NCBI GenBank assembly: GCA_963693365.1
Contig: CAVNZM010000001.1
Location: 15,929,840 to 15,993,839 of the forward strand
Reading direction: 5' to 3'
Length of the DNA stretch: 64,000 bases
DNA from: Amoebidium appalachense
Taxonomy: Eukaryota; Protista; Ichthyosporea
A program made the translations under genes and the position numbers. Shown piece after piece: positions 28,647 through 47,629 of this stretch (the stretch's first letter is position 1; each line of letters starts with the position of its first letter). The notes below the pieces were generated by a model. It had not been told where the DNA came from. It did not search any database and saw nothing but the letters and a program-made list of their open reading frames with translations.

Positions 28647-29818
28647 ACACACACACACAATGCATCCGCGCATCATGGTCCATGCATACACGTGTGTGGA
28701 TAGATGCACAGGTGCACGAATCCACGCACGCACGCACCCACAGAGCACGTGTGCGCACGCACACACAAACACACATGTGTACACGTGCACGCGCATTCAC
28801 ACGCACACACAAACGCACATACACATGCAGTCATGGACAGCGGCCAGAGCCAAACCGTCCAGGTCGCCCGTCTACCATGCAGCTGCATTTATCCGGCGAA
28901 GGGGGGAACCTTTCCCTGAGAAGTGGTGATGGGTCCAACACCACCCATACGGCCAACACAACAGCCACCAGGGGCAAGGCCACTGCCACGGTTCCAACGC
29001 AAAGGCGGCGCGCACGATTCACGCAAACACGAACCACAGATCAGAATGGTTTGGAGTATTATGTGTCTGTGGGCGAGGAGGTACGTTCGGGTAGATGGTC
29101 GGATGCGGAGACCGCGTTGATTGAAAGTATTGTTATTTCGCTTGCGGAACAAAAGTTGCCGGCAACAGAGGAGGACATATTTGCACATTACCATGCAGCA
29201 TTGGAGGGCAACGAGGAGGGTGTGGGGCTGGATGCCATCCTTTCCAAAACATTGAAACAAATCAAGTCAAAAATAGAACACATTGAGAAGGAAAGACGTT
29301 TGCGTAGTCAGGTGGCCGCCGAGGTGAGGGAGGAAATCGCGAGGGCTAAGGAAGCCGCTGCTAGGACAGTTACGGAGAAAGCAAGCGAGAGAGCACGAAA
29401 CACGAAACGTGGGCTGAAGTCACAGAGTAATTCACAGACTGCCCCGTCAAAGAAGGCCAAGCCCAGCGGCCTTTCACGTGCAAGCACCAACACAGGTGTT
29501 GCCCCTCAGGAGCATGATCCCACCAGTTCGTCAACCGATTCGGCGGATGAATTCCAAAGCACCCAACAGTCTGGGGTGATTCCCCCTAGCCAGCACCCGC
29601 ACCATCCGCAAGCGTTCCACCCCAGTTATTATCACACATACCCGAGCACGATAGCCAGTGCACAATGTAGCGTCTGTCAACTGACTTTAGCAATCCCTCC
29701 CCATCTGTGTCATACTTACATGCAATGCTGTAGGTGCAAGGCCATGTTGTATGCTCTGGTCACCGCTTTTGGCATCCGCCTGCTCAGTTTTAGTGTCACG
29801 GATAATAGGTGGAAGTGA
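24408..29818 (+). CDS. Spliced gene within the TIR element: OTU-like cysteine protease + CXC Cys-rich domain + Myb/SANT-like helix + coiled coil + C-terminal C4 Zn ribbon (exons ~24408/24520-24767, 25908-26208, 27245-28069, 28831-29818; 5' part uncertain)
   Basis: ETPADGNCLFHSV...ADHYSVV (OTU Cys/His); GCSC...FCG...RCICAKNKRACTQACRCENCGN|SHG across a phase-consistent intron; RSGRWSDAETALI...KTLKQIKSKI (Myb-like); CSVC...CCRC. The last three exons are phase-consistent; the first junction is not. Confidence 0.75.
28238..28394 (+). mobile_element. 5'-truncated subfamily A retroposon copy in an intron of the OTU gene
   Basis: Matches 14678-14833, with both CGAAAC and CTGAGGA intact; flanked by C-runs. 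Confidence 0.92.
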
Positions 29819-30353
29819 GCCAATCCCTCCACGTAGTTTTTTATTTTTCTAATTGTTATTGTGGCTGCCAGCTGCTTTGGGGTCAGGTGGCAAACGTAGG
29901 GCATGTCTAGTAGGTTCGATTAGTATGGGATTTGGCATCATGATGCCAAGACTTAGTCAATACAGTAACTTAAGAATCAGTTTGTTAGGTGTTAGTTGTA
30001 ACATTTAACTTCCAGTAATGTTCAGCATGTCAGAGTGGTAGTTTATGATTGTAATGTTACTTACAGTTTAACTGTAATGTCACGGTGTATGTAGAGTATG
30101 CTGTCACATTCAATGCACACACACGGCACACACACATGAACATGCACACACGCAACCACATACACGTCAAGCACACACTACGTATACATCCATGCATGCG
30201 ACATTCGCCTTTTTAATACCTATGATATCATTACGTAGTCAAAATACCATAATAATAATGTGTAGAAGTGATTGCAGGTCACTTTCACATGCTGCAGCTG
30301 TTTTATTAATAATGACACCGTAAATTAATGGCAAGCACACTGCAGACTCGGAT

Positions 30354-30406
<53 letters not shown>

Positions 30407-30434
30407 AAAATCCCCCCCCCCCCCCCCCCCCCCC

Positions 30435-30484
30435 CCTTCCCACCTCGAAATTTTTGGGCGGGGGCGGGGGGCGGGGGCGGGGGG

Positions 30485-30518
<34 letters not shown>

Positions 30519-30548
30519 GGGGGGGGCTTGGGAAACGAGGGTGCAACC
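30435..30548. repeat. Repeat CCTTCCCACCTCGAAATTTTTGGGC(G)nGAAACGAGGGTGCAACC; second copy at 32036-32163
   Basis: Identical unique segments flank a G-run at both loci. Confidence 0.85.
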
Positions 30549-31620
30549 TACATATGTCACTGGCTGCATTTGATTGGCTGTGCTGGAAAACGCAGTAGGC
30601 CGTCGAAGGTGGCTGGGCCTCCGGCAGTGTCCACGCAATAAAAAGTGTGTAAACCCCCAAAACCACAGGAACATTTTGAGATTTTGGTTTGAAAATTTAG
30701 ATTTTTACTAATTGACCCTAATTTGGCGCTTTTTTGGAAAACAATGAAGGAGGGGTGCTAAAACAAAAATAAGGTGGTTCTACGTGCTCAGTGCAGTCGA
30801 CTTTGACGTAAATTTTTTTTCAGAATTCCAAATTTTGCAAAAATAACTGAAATACTTGAATAAATCCAGTCAAAAGAAAAGAAATACTTGTGAAAACCTT
30901 TTTTTTTCTTGTGAAAACATAAAGAACCCCCCGGGGGTCAAGTTCCAGACCCACATATATCCATCGACTATCTATTTCTATTTATATAAATGGTATATCA
31001 TATGCATATCTCTAGGCTGGTTTGATGACGTCTGAGGTCGGTTCTCTGCGCCATTCAAGACAGATCTCGATGAGGCAGGTTGGTGCTATCCAAGAATTTT
31101 TGTAAACGACCGACAAGAAGTTTTTTTTTTTTTTTTTTTTTGGGAGTGCTACAGACTACCGGCACCATACTATCACATATACAGCGAGACATACACAGTT
31201 TATTATAAGTACCCTATGTAGCTATGTCAGTAATATAATGAAATATCACTGTTTCTTACACTCATGCACACATGTTCTTATTTTTGGCAAGCGAATGGCT
31301 CCCTTTGTAGAGAGCTGCGAAAACGTTGCGTGCGCAGGGGCCGCGGAACCGCTCGGCCATGCCCCGGCCACTAGTATTGAGTTGCCCAGCGCCATTCTGA
31401 ACGACTTAGTGACATAACAACGCAAAGATGATCATGCCTTGGCGTTGTAATCGGTTGGTTTCTGGTGTCCAGTGCTCGTATGTGTATTATGTGTTGGGAA
31501 ACTTTGGGGCGGTTTACTCGCGCGGATGCATATCTATCAATAAGTGTGACCTGCTAGCTAACGTACTATTAGAACCGGATCCGGAGAGAGAGAGAGGGAG
31601 AGAGAGAGGGGGGGGGGGGG

Positions 31621-31661
<41 letters not shown>

Positions 31662-31753
31662 GAGAGAGAGAGAGGGAGAGCTAGAGAGAGAGAGGGAGAG
31701 AGAGAGGGGGGGGGGGGAGACATAGGGGGGGAAGGGTGGGTGGGTGGGGGGGG

Positions 31754-31843
<90 letters not shown>

Positions 31844-31903
31844 CCTAGGGTGGGGGGGCGGAGACTAGAGGGGGGAAGGGTGGGTGGGTGGGGGGGGAGG
31901 GGG

Positions 31904-31945
<42 letters not shown>

Positions 31946-32059
31946 AGACTTAGAGGGAAGGGGGGGGGGGGGGGATTTCTAAAATAGTACGCGAGATACT
32001 GTACCATGCATGCAATTGTGATACACTTGAACCCCCCTTCCCACCTCGAAATTTTTGGG

Positions 32060-32148
<89 letters not shown>

Positions 32149-32163
32149 AACGAGGGTGCAACC

Positions 32164-32595
32164 GAAAAAAAAGACGGCCTGGATACAGAACGGGGTCAAA
32201 AGAGCAGATTGGTATTTCGATCCACTGGATTCGCTAGCAAACTACTATCAGTTGAAGGAAAACGGAAGGGAAAAAAAAAACGACAAAAGTTTATGAAGTG
32301 CTTCCTATGTTCTAAGGCGTTTTTTTGTCTTAGAGTAATATGCGCAAGCCCTATAGCACAAAGTTTTGGCATAGTGTACATAATAGTGTAGCTGAGTCTC
32401 AGTATAGTTATATCTATTGAGTAGTTCACGTTTACACATAGTGAGCAAAGATCTGCTACAAAACTAGAACTCTTCTTTGCGTATATTCTCTCAAAGGTGT
32501 TTCTATCCACTAGGTAACATAATACTACCTGTATGTTAAGTATTAGAACGTCTATGTCCTGCAACACTAACCACCAACCAATAAACACTGTGTAG

Positions 32596-32640
<45 letters not shown>

Positions 32641-33935
32641 GCAAACCCTCACACCTCTACCTACTGGCAAAAAAAGAAAAGAAAGAGGGTTAGAAAACAC
32701 TGACAAAGCCGCTAGAGCTCTGCTTCCTCCAAATACGCCTCTACCATCCAATCGTACTCCGCCTCTGCTGCCTCCAGTGCAGCCACCAGCTCGTCATCGT
32801 TTCCCTCCATCTCCCACTCGACGGTAGGTGGTTCCGCCGTGGTTGTTTTGTTTTCACCTTTCTTTCCCTTCTTCCTCCCTTCGCCTCCCTTTTCCTCTGT
32901 TTTGCTCTCCTTTTTCTTCTTTGCTGGTTTTGTCGACGGCATGCTCCCTGCAACTGTGGCGGGGACGCCTGCCCCCGCGGCGGCCTCGCTCGCCGCCAAA
33001 GCGGCCGCCTGCACTGTTTTGGCTTTCCGGTTTGCTTTGTTGGGTGCTTTCTTCGCTTGTTCCTTGCGTTGACGCACATACGCGCTCAGGTGGCAGTTGG
33101 TTGCAACGGTTATTAGTCGTTCCACTAGTGCTCTCTTTTGCGTGCCGCACACCCCACACTCGTCCATAAGTGCCTTATCGGTATTGTACCTTTTGACTGC
33201 ATGTTCGCTGAGTAGCACAGCCACCGTTCTATGGCTGCCCCCCGGAAGGTACGTGTTGACCAGTGGCTTTAGCAGTGCCTCCACCACACAGTAGACCAAT
33301 GTGACAATGCTCACTGTTGGTGGTGAAGGGAAAGTCAGGCCCCCCCGATTGGCGGCGCGGATGAGTCGGTAGTGATCGTCTGTGGCTCTCCCGGCCGTAG
33401 TGGTGGCTGTTTCGGTAGCTGTGGTGCTTGTTTCAGTGGGTGTGTTGGTGTTTTTGTTGGGTGTGGTGATTTCGAGATGTGCACGACTTGTGTTGCAGCC
33501 AACACCGCGCACGTGAAGCGCGTGCACACAGAACCCTGCCCGGTAGGTTAGCACCTCTGGCTTTCTGACGTCTTCGCTGATTTTATAGACGTGGTCCCAG
33601 ATGGTGTTGTTGTAGAGTGGGAGAATGGTCTCGATGGTGATCGTTTTGCGTTTGCTGTTGAGTGCTGTGTTCATGTTGTCGAACAGCTGTGTTACACTTG
33701 TGCCCGTCTGCACTGCCAGCTTTGCCAGCTTCTGCACCCGTATCCTTTTGACGGCCTGGAGAGTCTGTACATAGAGGTGAGTTTATTGTGTGATTTGTGT
33801 ATATATAGATGGCACGTGGCTATAAAAGTTTAATATGACACACTATGGCGCGGGCGCGCAAGCAGTGTATCATAGCATATCTTCGTGTGTACACAAGCAT
33901 GGTTTAGGTATATCTGCATGGGGTTGTGTATGTAT

Positions 33936-33980
<45 letters not shown>

Positions 33981-34480
33981 TACGGTGTGTGTGTGTGTGT
34001 GTGTGTGTGGTGTTTGGTGTATGTGTGTCTGTGTGTCTGTGTGTGTGTGTGTGCGTGTACGTGTGTGCATTTTTGTGGTTTGAGTTCAACAGCCCCGCCC
34101 CCCCCCCCCCCCCACCCCACCCCCTAATTTCATTTTTCGTTCAGTTTTCTTTGCACCCTTTCTTTTCACCACACTCCTTTTATCCTGATACCCCCCCCTC
34201 CCCCTCCCCTCCTCCTCCAACCCCTTCTTCCGTCCCTGCCTCTCTCGCTATCCCCCCCCCCCCCCCCCTTTTTTTTTTCTCCTGATTATTTTATTCCCCG
34301 GGGCCACCATGTCATGACACCACTATCCTATTATTAAGGTGAATCACCAAATCATCCTATATCTGTTCTGTCTCTGTTCTTTGTAATGCTGTATGAATCG
34401 TGTGTGTGTGATGTATCTCTTGTGTTTCATTGTTGCAGGCAGTGGGTGGGTGGCTGAGTAGGGTAGGGGTGTGCGTGTGT

Positions 34481-34532
<52 letters not shown>

Positions 34533-34816
34533 AGGAGGGGAGGTACCCACCTGTGCTGTCCCAACGTTGTAGTTCCCACCGCTGTACTGTCGGATTGTGC
34601 CAAAAGCACCCTCAAGGGAGTCGGTTTGAAACTTTCTGGTGAGCACAAAGTTGAGCTTCTCGCCGCTCACGCCGCTGTCCAGGAGATAGCGGTTGAGACT
34701 GGCCTGCAAATTAAAAGTCAGCAAAATCTGTGTGGCACCACATTTGACTACGCTTGGCATGTGAAAAACCATATGGAAACCCCCCCCCCCCCTCCCCACC
34801 CACCCATCCCGACACA

Positions 34817-34864
<48 letters not shown>

Positions 34865-34944
34865 AACACACTGATGCGCGCGCACACACACACGTGTCAC
34901 ACACACACACACACACACACAGTGTCACACACAGACACACACAA

Positions 34945-34980
<36 letters not shown>

Positions 34981-35910
34981 TTCATGCCGGTCGACTCCTC
35001 ATGTGACCTTGTGTGTTGGGGGGGTGAGGGGGTGAGGGGGCGAGGGCATTAGGACATTGGAGGGGATTTTGAGGGGGGGGGGGGGGGGGGGGTACCATTG
35101 TCTTGCTCGTAAACGCCAGCGACCACTGTGTTTCCTCCGTAAACCCTCCAGCCGGCGTGCCGCTCCGCTATTTCCAGGGCACGGACAACAAGCTGGCCGA
35201 ACACGAACATCTCCTTCTGGCGCTTCCTCGCTACTGCCTCTTCCTCTTGCCTTGCCCGAACCTTCTCCATCTTTGCGGCTCTCTCTTCCGGGTCCGTACG
35301 AGGAGGCGCGGAAGGGGCGCTCAGGTAACTGGGGCAGTTGGGAAAAATGCTCGGGACGGCGCCTGGCCTAGGCCACGCTTTGCCACCTTTTTTAACGATG
35401 TCATGGGCGGGAAAGTGACGGCAGCAGACCCGCGCAACACCGTGCGGGTCGAAGTTCTCAGGCCACTGCCTCGGCACAGCACGTAGCCACGCACTGAGAA
35501 GGTTCCGTGTTTCTTCGCGTAGCGTCTTGCTTTTAATGCGCCCGTCGTTTGGGTTGGGGAATTTGTAAACGAAAACCTTGTTTTGGTCGTCGTAGTTGCC
35601 TCTGCAGCCTGGAACACTGCATATGTTACCGATTTTGTTGCTACGCAGACCGTTACTTCTCTTCTTATCCATTCCAGGCTCGGGAGGAGCAGCTCCCTTC
35701 ATAAGGCCAGTCCCGCCGTCAGCCATGTTACCGATGTCTCCGTCTTTGAACCAAAAAAAGCGAGACGTAAACGAAAAACAACAACATACATGTTCTGTGC
35801 CGACATCTCGTTTTAGGGCCGGAATCCAGTGGATCGAGATACCACGAGCACAATGGAATGCGATTTTATGACGTAGTGTATCCAGGCCGTCTTTTTTTCA
35901 GAGGGCCGTG
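32164..35910 (-). mobile_element. P-element-superfamily DNA transposon, internally deleted
   Basis: TIR GAAAAAAA(A)GACGGCCTGGATACA at 32164-32187 / 35877-35899, plus an internal IR at 32211-32232 / 35822-35843 (21/22). The right end extends to a CA-starting terminus (CACGGCCCTCTG at 35910, minus strand), which is missing on the left. Confidence 0.85.
32712..35726 (-). pseudogene. THAP-domain P-element transposase lacking most of the DDE core (exons 35726-35096, 34703-34551, 33764-32712)
   Basis: THAP: CSVPGC...FP...W...VCCRHF...PGAVPSIF. P-transposase C-terminal motifs: FVLTRKFQTDSLEGAFGTIRQYSGGNYNV|TLQAVKRIR and AGFCV..NRGGLTFPS. Exon 1 (phase 1) and exon 2 (phase 0) are incompatible, so the middle exons are gone. 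Confidence 0.85.
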
Positions 35911-36871
35911 CTCAGGAGCAGGTAATTTATTGTGAAGTCGTGTGCCCAAAAGATAGATCTATTGGCCTGTACAGCTACACCTGTAGCTACAACGGGACAA
36001 GTGGTAAATGCAAGAAGCTATAATGTAGCTGTAACGCTTACTATTAACAATCCAAAAAGAGGAAAGCGATCAATACAGTACGGCTCAGATCTACTGCCTT
36101 ACTCCTTATATAACCTTTCGGTGTTTTGGTACATATGAATATTTCCGTTTGCAACCCTCCGCCCCAGCTTTTGATTCGTCCAATAACTGCATCCACCTGT
36201 AACACCAATCAGAACTACGAATATTAATTAGCAGCAAACATATGTATGACACCCAACCAATCAGACATAGAATTACTCAAGACTCGCCGCTCATGAATAA
36301 ACAAAAATGCACTAGTATTACAAAACTGCATTCTATGAATGTTGTAATCAAAATAATTTTATATTAAAAAACTTGAATTATAGTTGTAGCTGATGGTATT
36401 TTCTTTCGCATGCATTGACTTCAAAGCTCTTTTTTCGGTTTAATAGAGGACCATGTTCTGATTGGATGAACGAACTGATTGGCTTACACCGCACAACCGA
36501 CACGACAACTTGAAAGGTGCGCCTGCCTGAGTGTACGAAACACACACACGAGGGGATAGGCGTGTGTGCGTGTGCGCATGCGTGTTATCATGACATGTTA
36601 CATATAATACATGATGCTACAGTAGGGTAAGCGCAATAAGTTCTAATATTAGAGCCATTTCTTACAAGTCAAATAACAGCAGCAAGTCGTACGCGTACTT
36701 GTGATATCTTGCTGGGGAAACATTTACACGACACACTCCGTTCTTCTTTCCAATCAAGGCGAACGCAATAACCCACGAGAGCACATTATATATATCACAT
36801 TATATAACTTCTTTTTGGTATTTAATTAATAAGAAGGCTATTGTAGAAAGACACAGAGACACTTAATTACC

Positions 36872-42469
<5,598 letters not shown>

Positions 42470-43499
42470 TATAACCATGAGTGCTAAAGTATTTATACAC
42501 ATACACGCATGGGTGGGAATGATGCGGTGCATTGGGAGCAGGATGTTGACATGTGGACTTGATGATGCGTGCAGGCATTTTATGAGCCACTGAACTTGTG
42601 CCCTGCGTATGCACCACAATAACTGCAACACACGTGCACACGCACGCACACACACACACACACACACAGACCAACGGCACACGTGTGCTCACACGCACGC
42701 ATACACACACACATCAACACATGCACCATGCCAGACGCACGCGCGTGGTTGGCAATTCATATAGGCACTCATATTAGTCACATTCAATGATTACATAGTC
42801 ATATTAGAGATTTCGTACGTGTTCAGCCACATCTGAGCATTTGGCCGTCAGTCAAGAAACACTACGTGCTGTTGTCTAAATTTTCATCATAATTGCCTTC
42901 ATACTCATATCCACCCCTATTCTTTCCTTATAGGGGTGTTTGCAATTTATCAGTCTAAAAACGAGGGCATGGGGGCCGAAGGGGGAAGGGAGAGGGTGGG
43001 GGATGAGGGTGGGTGGGGGGAGGGGGGGGGAGGGGGGGGAGGGGGGGGGGGGATGGAAAGAAAAGGAATAGTCTTTTTTGTATGCCCACTCAGGTCATCC
43101 ATACATTTTTTTTTAAAGAAACAAGGAAGATAGGTATATATCTTTTATGAAGTTGAAGTGTGTAGGCAAGATGTTTCTTAGCAGGAGCTTGACAATGTAC
43201 CAGGAGGGGTTTACTCAGTTAGTTGCTGGAACAACTAAGGATGTTTGTGGATGAGAACAGTGGATCCTGTTGCTGGCAACAGGAAGATATATACTAAATA
43301 ATTGGCTCTATTTTTGCGACCAAAGGACTACTGTAAAGGGTGGTCCGTTTGATGATTTCCATGAATATCCTTTCCCTTTAACCCCCCCCCCCCCCCTTCC
43401 CCCCCCCCCCCCCCCCCCCAAAACACATACACACACATACACACACACTTCCACCCCCCTCGTTCTCTCTGACTAATCGTGTTCACAAAAGATTGGCGA

Positions 43500-44260
43500 T
43501 GGAACATTGATTAAATTATGATTTTAAATATGCTGGCAAGGAAAATGGGTCGAAACCTATGGGGTGGAAAGGAACAAAATCGATTTGCACGCCGATTTAC
43601 CGTGGTTTTGGCGAGCTGCTATTGGTCAACGCCATGGAGCCATGGAGCTGTTTCAACCAATCGCTACAAAAGACGCATTCCAAAAAAAAGACCTTTGCCG
43701 TTGACTGTCGACACAACTGGAAACTCGGTTGGAAAAAACACAGTGACTTTGAAATGCTAAGGAAAAGCAGGAAAGAAAAAATCCACTAATTCACTTCCAG
43801 CTTTTCGTCTAATGTTTCTTCCCTCTTTTCGCTTCCTTGCAAGTTTCGAGTATTCACGGTTGTATGCTCGCTTTGGGGACCTTGGGCTCAGGTTTCCCAG
43901 GTCGCCAAGTGCACTTTCGTAAGAGCGCTAGCGCTTGGACGACATGGCACGTGCAAATGAACTAACATTTCAATGAGACATCTGGGAAAACAGAAACAGG
44001 AAAATAATGAGGTTTTCAACAGCGAGGCGAAAACTCAGAAACTGGAACGGGCCGTATGCCTTGGTCTCTTGTTTCCTCAGTTGAATAATCTGCTTGGAGA
44101 GCATACGTTTTTTATTTTTTCGAGGTTGTGTTTGATTTTTGGTACTTACGTGTTTTTCACGGTGCCTGAAACAAAGGGCCTGTCTAGAGAGCAGATTTCA
44201 GAGATTTTTGAGAAAAAGAATACAGTAAGGCAAGAGAGCTGGATGACTAGAAATGACTGA
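43500..44260 (+). pseudogene. Remnant of an MFS sugar-porter (GLUT-like) C-terminus
   Basis: LLFPQL..LGEHTFFIF..LCLIFGTYVFFTVPETKGLSREQI (PETKG motif) at 43973-44260; the upstream part is degenerate and no full gene is seen. Confidence 0.65.
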
Positions 44261-44685
44261 AATACTTAGCTAAGTGTTATAACCCGAACACCACCGGCTT
44301 GTATGTTAAATGCCGTGTGGTCTACTACTACTACTAGTACTAAGGGGGTACGTACAACTTTTGAATAACTAGAACAACGGGGTAATTTTTTTTTTTTTAA
44401 AAGAATATAATCACAACAAGGGGTTCTTTGTTGATGCCATCACCATCACAGCCTGGGAGCAAGAAAATCTATTGCTTATTGCTCTGGGTATATCACGGTG
44501 TAGGGGAAGATATTTTTTTATCAAAACGTACCAAGTTGAAGTTGTTTTTTTTTTAATAAAGAATTAGCTGGTGCTAGGCATCATCAAACCCTAAACCGTT
44601 GTGCTTTGTATCAAGTTGAACTCGGCAACACACTATTAATAGAAACCCATCCCAGCTCCTTTGTTTCTTATGGACCCTCTCCCCT

Positions 44686-44735
<50 letters not shown>

Positions 44736-45283
44736 TCCCCCCAAATTGCAACAACCAAAAAAAAACAACAAAAAAAAAAAAAAAAAAAAAAAACTTGGCA
44801 ACCCTCGATCGCGAAATACCGATTTGAGTACAAAACGTGCACAGCGTCATACAAGCAAGTGTATTCCCTTTTTAGAAAACCATAGGTGGTGATAGGCAAA
44901 TTCAGCTGTACCCATGTGCTGTGAATGACATACAGGCACACTTATATGGCATCATCACAGGTTTGTCCCAACTTGCTGTACGTATACACTTGTAGGTGTG
45001 TGTGTGTGTGTGTGTGTGTAGATTAGGGAGGAACATAAGTTAGCTTGATAGTATATCGATATGGACTTCAACTTGTGAGAAACAACCCGCTTGTCAATGA
45101 AAATCATGTGCATGGCATGCACTCGTCATGATCCTACATCAGGCCAAGTACAGGTATGCACAGGCACGTGTAGTAAAATCGTATCTGTACACGTGGACAA
45201 ACATATACCTACCGTGTGTGGGTGTGCGTACACATGAACATGCATAGAACCATCCGGATGCAGAAAAACAACAGTCGGATCAT

Positions 45284-45324
<41 letters not shown>

Positions 45325-45466
45325 GATATAAGATAACGGAACACGGCGCGAATTACAAGTACACGATGAGTAACACGGTGCAGGACACACGAGGAAGCAA
45401 ACATATAAGTATGCAACGTCAGCAACACGTGCAGTCTACATATGCAGAACAGATCTTCAGGAGGTA
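45325..45466 (-). mobile_element. Diverged 5'-truncated retroposon copy (B-like) retaining CTGAAGA
   Basis: The reverse complement CCTCCTGAAGATCTGTTCTGCATATG...GTTGCATACTT..TGTTTGC..GTCCTGCACCGTG..CATCGTGTA..CCGTGTTCCG+(C)n aligns with the subfamily B 3' half. Confidence 0.75.
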
Positions 45467-45748
45467 GGGGGAATGGGGGAATGGGTGACACGACGACTCT
45501 CTTTCCATCAATCTCGATTCTGATTGGCTTATACCTGCATTGGGTGTGCCACAGGCACGGGTCATTCGTTTGGTTGCCAGCAACCAATCAGATAGTGGGA
45601 CCTTCATTACACGGGCTCTTCTTATTGGCCCATTACGTTATATGCTATACAATTTTTGGCCTAGCACACACCCCTCTCGAAGTTCAGATCCAAAAAGAGG
45701 TATGGCAACACCACCATCACCACAGAAACTAGAACGGTCAAGCCAAAA

Positions 45749-45784
<36 letters not shown>

Positions 45785-46509
45785 AGCCCCCAAAGGGCGA
45801 AAAAACCGTAGAACATCGCATCATTCCAACAAGAAATTGCATGCACATGTTGCGGTGCCTACCACATCGTCGACCCTCTCCCTTCCCATCCTCATCTCCC
45901 CCAAATCCCTGAACGCCCTCCCAGCGAACCCCCCCCCCCCCCCCCCCCCCCCCTCCCCCCACACACACACAAACACACGTACATCCGCTCTTCCCCTTCC
46001 CCACTTTGCCCTGCGGGCCGCGTGCTAGACAACCATTCTACTTGTGGCTCAATGGGAGAAAAACAACATCCATAAATCACGAGCCGATACAATGTATGCA
46101 TGTGGGGAAAACAAGCTGATGCACGCCCGGAAAACTTTGGAAATTTCCACGACGCGCCTTTACCAACTCCCTGAAAAAGGAAACTATAGACAGCAAACTT
46201 CTTTCGATTAATACTAAGGCCTCCTATATAGCACTTACATAGCTTATGCAGCAGGCCTTGATTCATACTCCCCCCCCCCCCCCCTCTTTCCTCCCCCTCT
46301 CCCCCCCCCTCCCCCCCCACATGCACACACACAAAAGAGGGGGGGGGGGGGGGGGGGGAGGGGGAGAGAGAGAGAGATAAAAACAACAACAAAAGAAAAT
46401 GAAAGGGAAACCATCCACGGCCCTGGATGCAACAACCCCAACTACAAGCTACTTGAAATCATTCGATTCAGGTGCGCATGTGACATTTAGTCACGTGCAC
46501 ACTACCATA

Positions 46510-47044
46510 TTAGGCAGGCCCCCTTCGGCTGTCCTTGTGCTGCTTGCTCTTCTCCTTGGCCGGCCGGGCCATTAAACTTTGCACATCCTCATTAATGTCT
46601 CCCTCCTTCAAACTGCACTCGATTGTGTCAGTGTGGTGTGTGGGGTATCTCTCATTCTCTCTCTAACAAGAGCGTCTCTCCCTCTGTGTGCGCACGCCTA
46701 TGCTTGTGTGTTTGTGTATGAGCCAAGTCTAGTGTGGGTGCGGGTAAATGTAGCGTTATTAATTTGACACGGTTTGGCTCGACCATGGTTTTTGAAGGCT
46801 TTAAACGCTTCCACCAACTCTTGATGCTACTGTGTGTGTGTGTGGTGTGTGTGTATGTGTGTGTCCACGGGAGCACGTGCGAGTGAGTGGGTGGGTTGGT
46901 GGGAGAAAACAATGAAAGCAAATAGGATAAGATGGACACAGCCCAGGAGAGAGAGATGATGCGTCTACTCACGGAAAAGACTTGCCACTCATAAATCCCA
47001 CCCCCCCCCCCCCCAAAAAAAAAAAAAAAAAAAAAAAACATCCT

Positions 47045-47120
<76 letters not shown>

Positions 47121-47591
47121 ACTCAAACCATCACCACCCAGTTCACCCTAAATACACCCACCCACCCACCTCTCCCTAAATACCACCGCCGTCACAGCAA
47201 ACAGAGCCACAAGGCACCAAACCGACGGGCAGCGCCCCCTTCCCCCCCTCCCCCCCCCCCCTCCTCCTCCTGCCCCCGCAGTCCTCCGCGCCCCCAACCA
47301 CACCGTAGAGCAGCAGCCCCACCCTCTACCCACCTGTAGACTATTTTTGGCCCAGTGACTCGCTCCTGCTTGCGCCGTTTGCTTCCTCCTGTCACCACCG
47401 GGGGAGATAACTTCAGTTCCTGAAGCACAAACACAACACTTCATCCCGAAAACAAAAGCAAAAATAAAGGGATCTGGAAAATCCGTAACTGCAACTCCCT
47501 ATCTCATGAACCATATGATACTGTGAAGCACTCAAAAAAAAAAAAGGTTTTAACCTCAATATCCCCAATCCATGCCCTGTCCAGTTTTTTT

Positions 47592-47629
<38 letters not shown>

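Larger units (their letters stand above)
21676..30657 (+). mobile_element. ~9-kb DNA transposon-like element with 109-bp TIRs (21676-21784 / 30549-30657); no intact transposase seen
   Basis: GGGGTTTACACACTTTTTATTGCGTGGACACTG...GTGACATATGTA has its reverse complement at the far end, with 5 mismatches in 109 by my count. Flanks are TAA|...|CAA, so there is no clean TSD. Confidence 0.82.
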
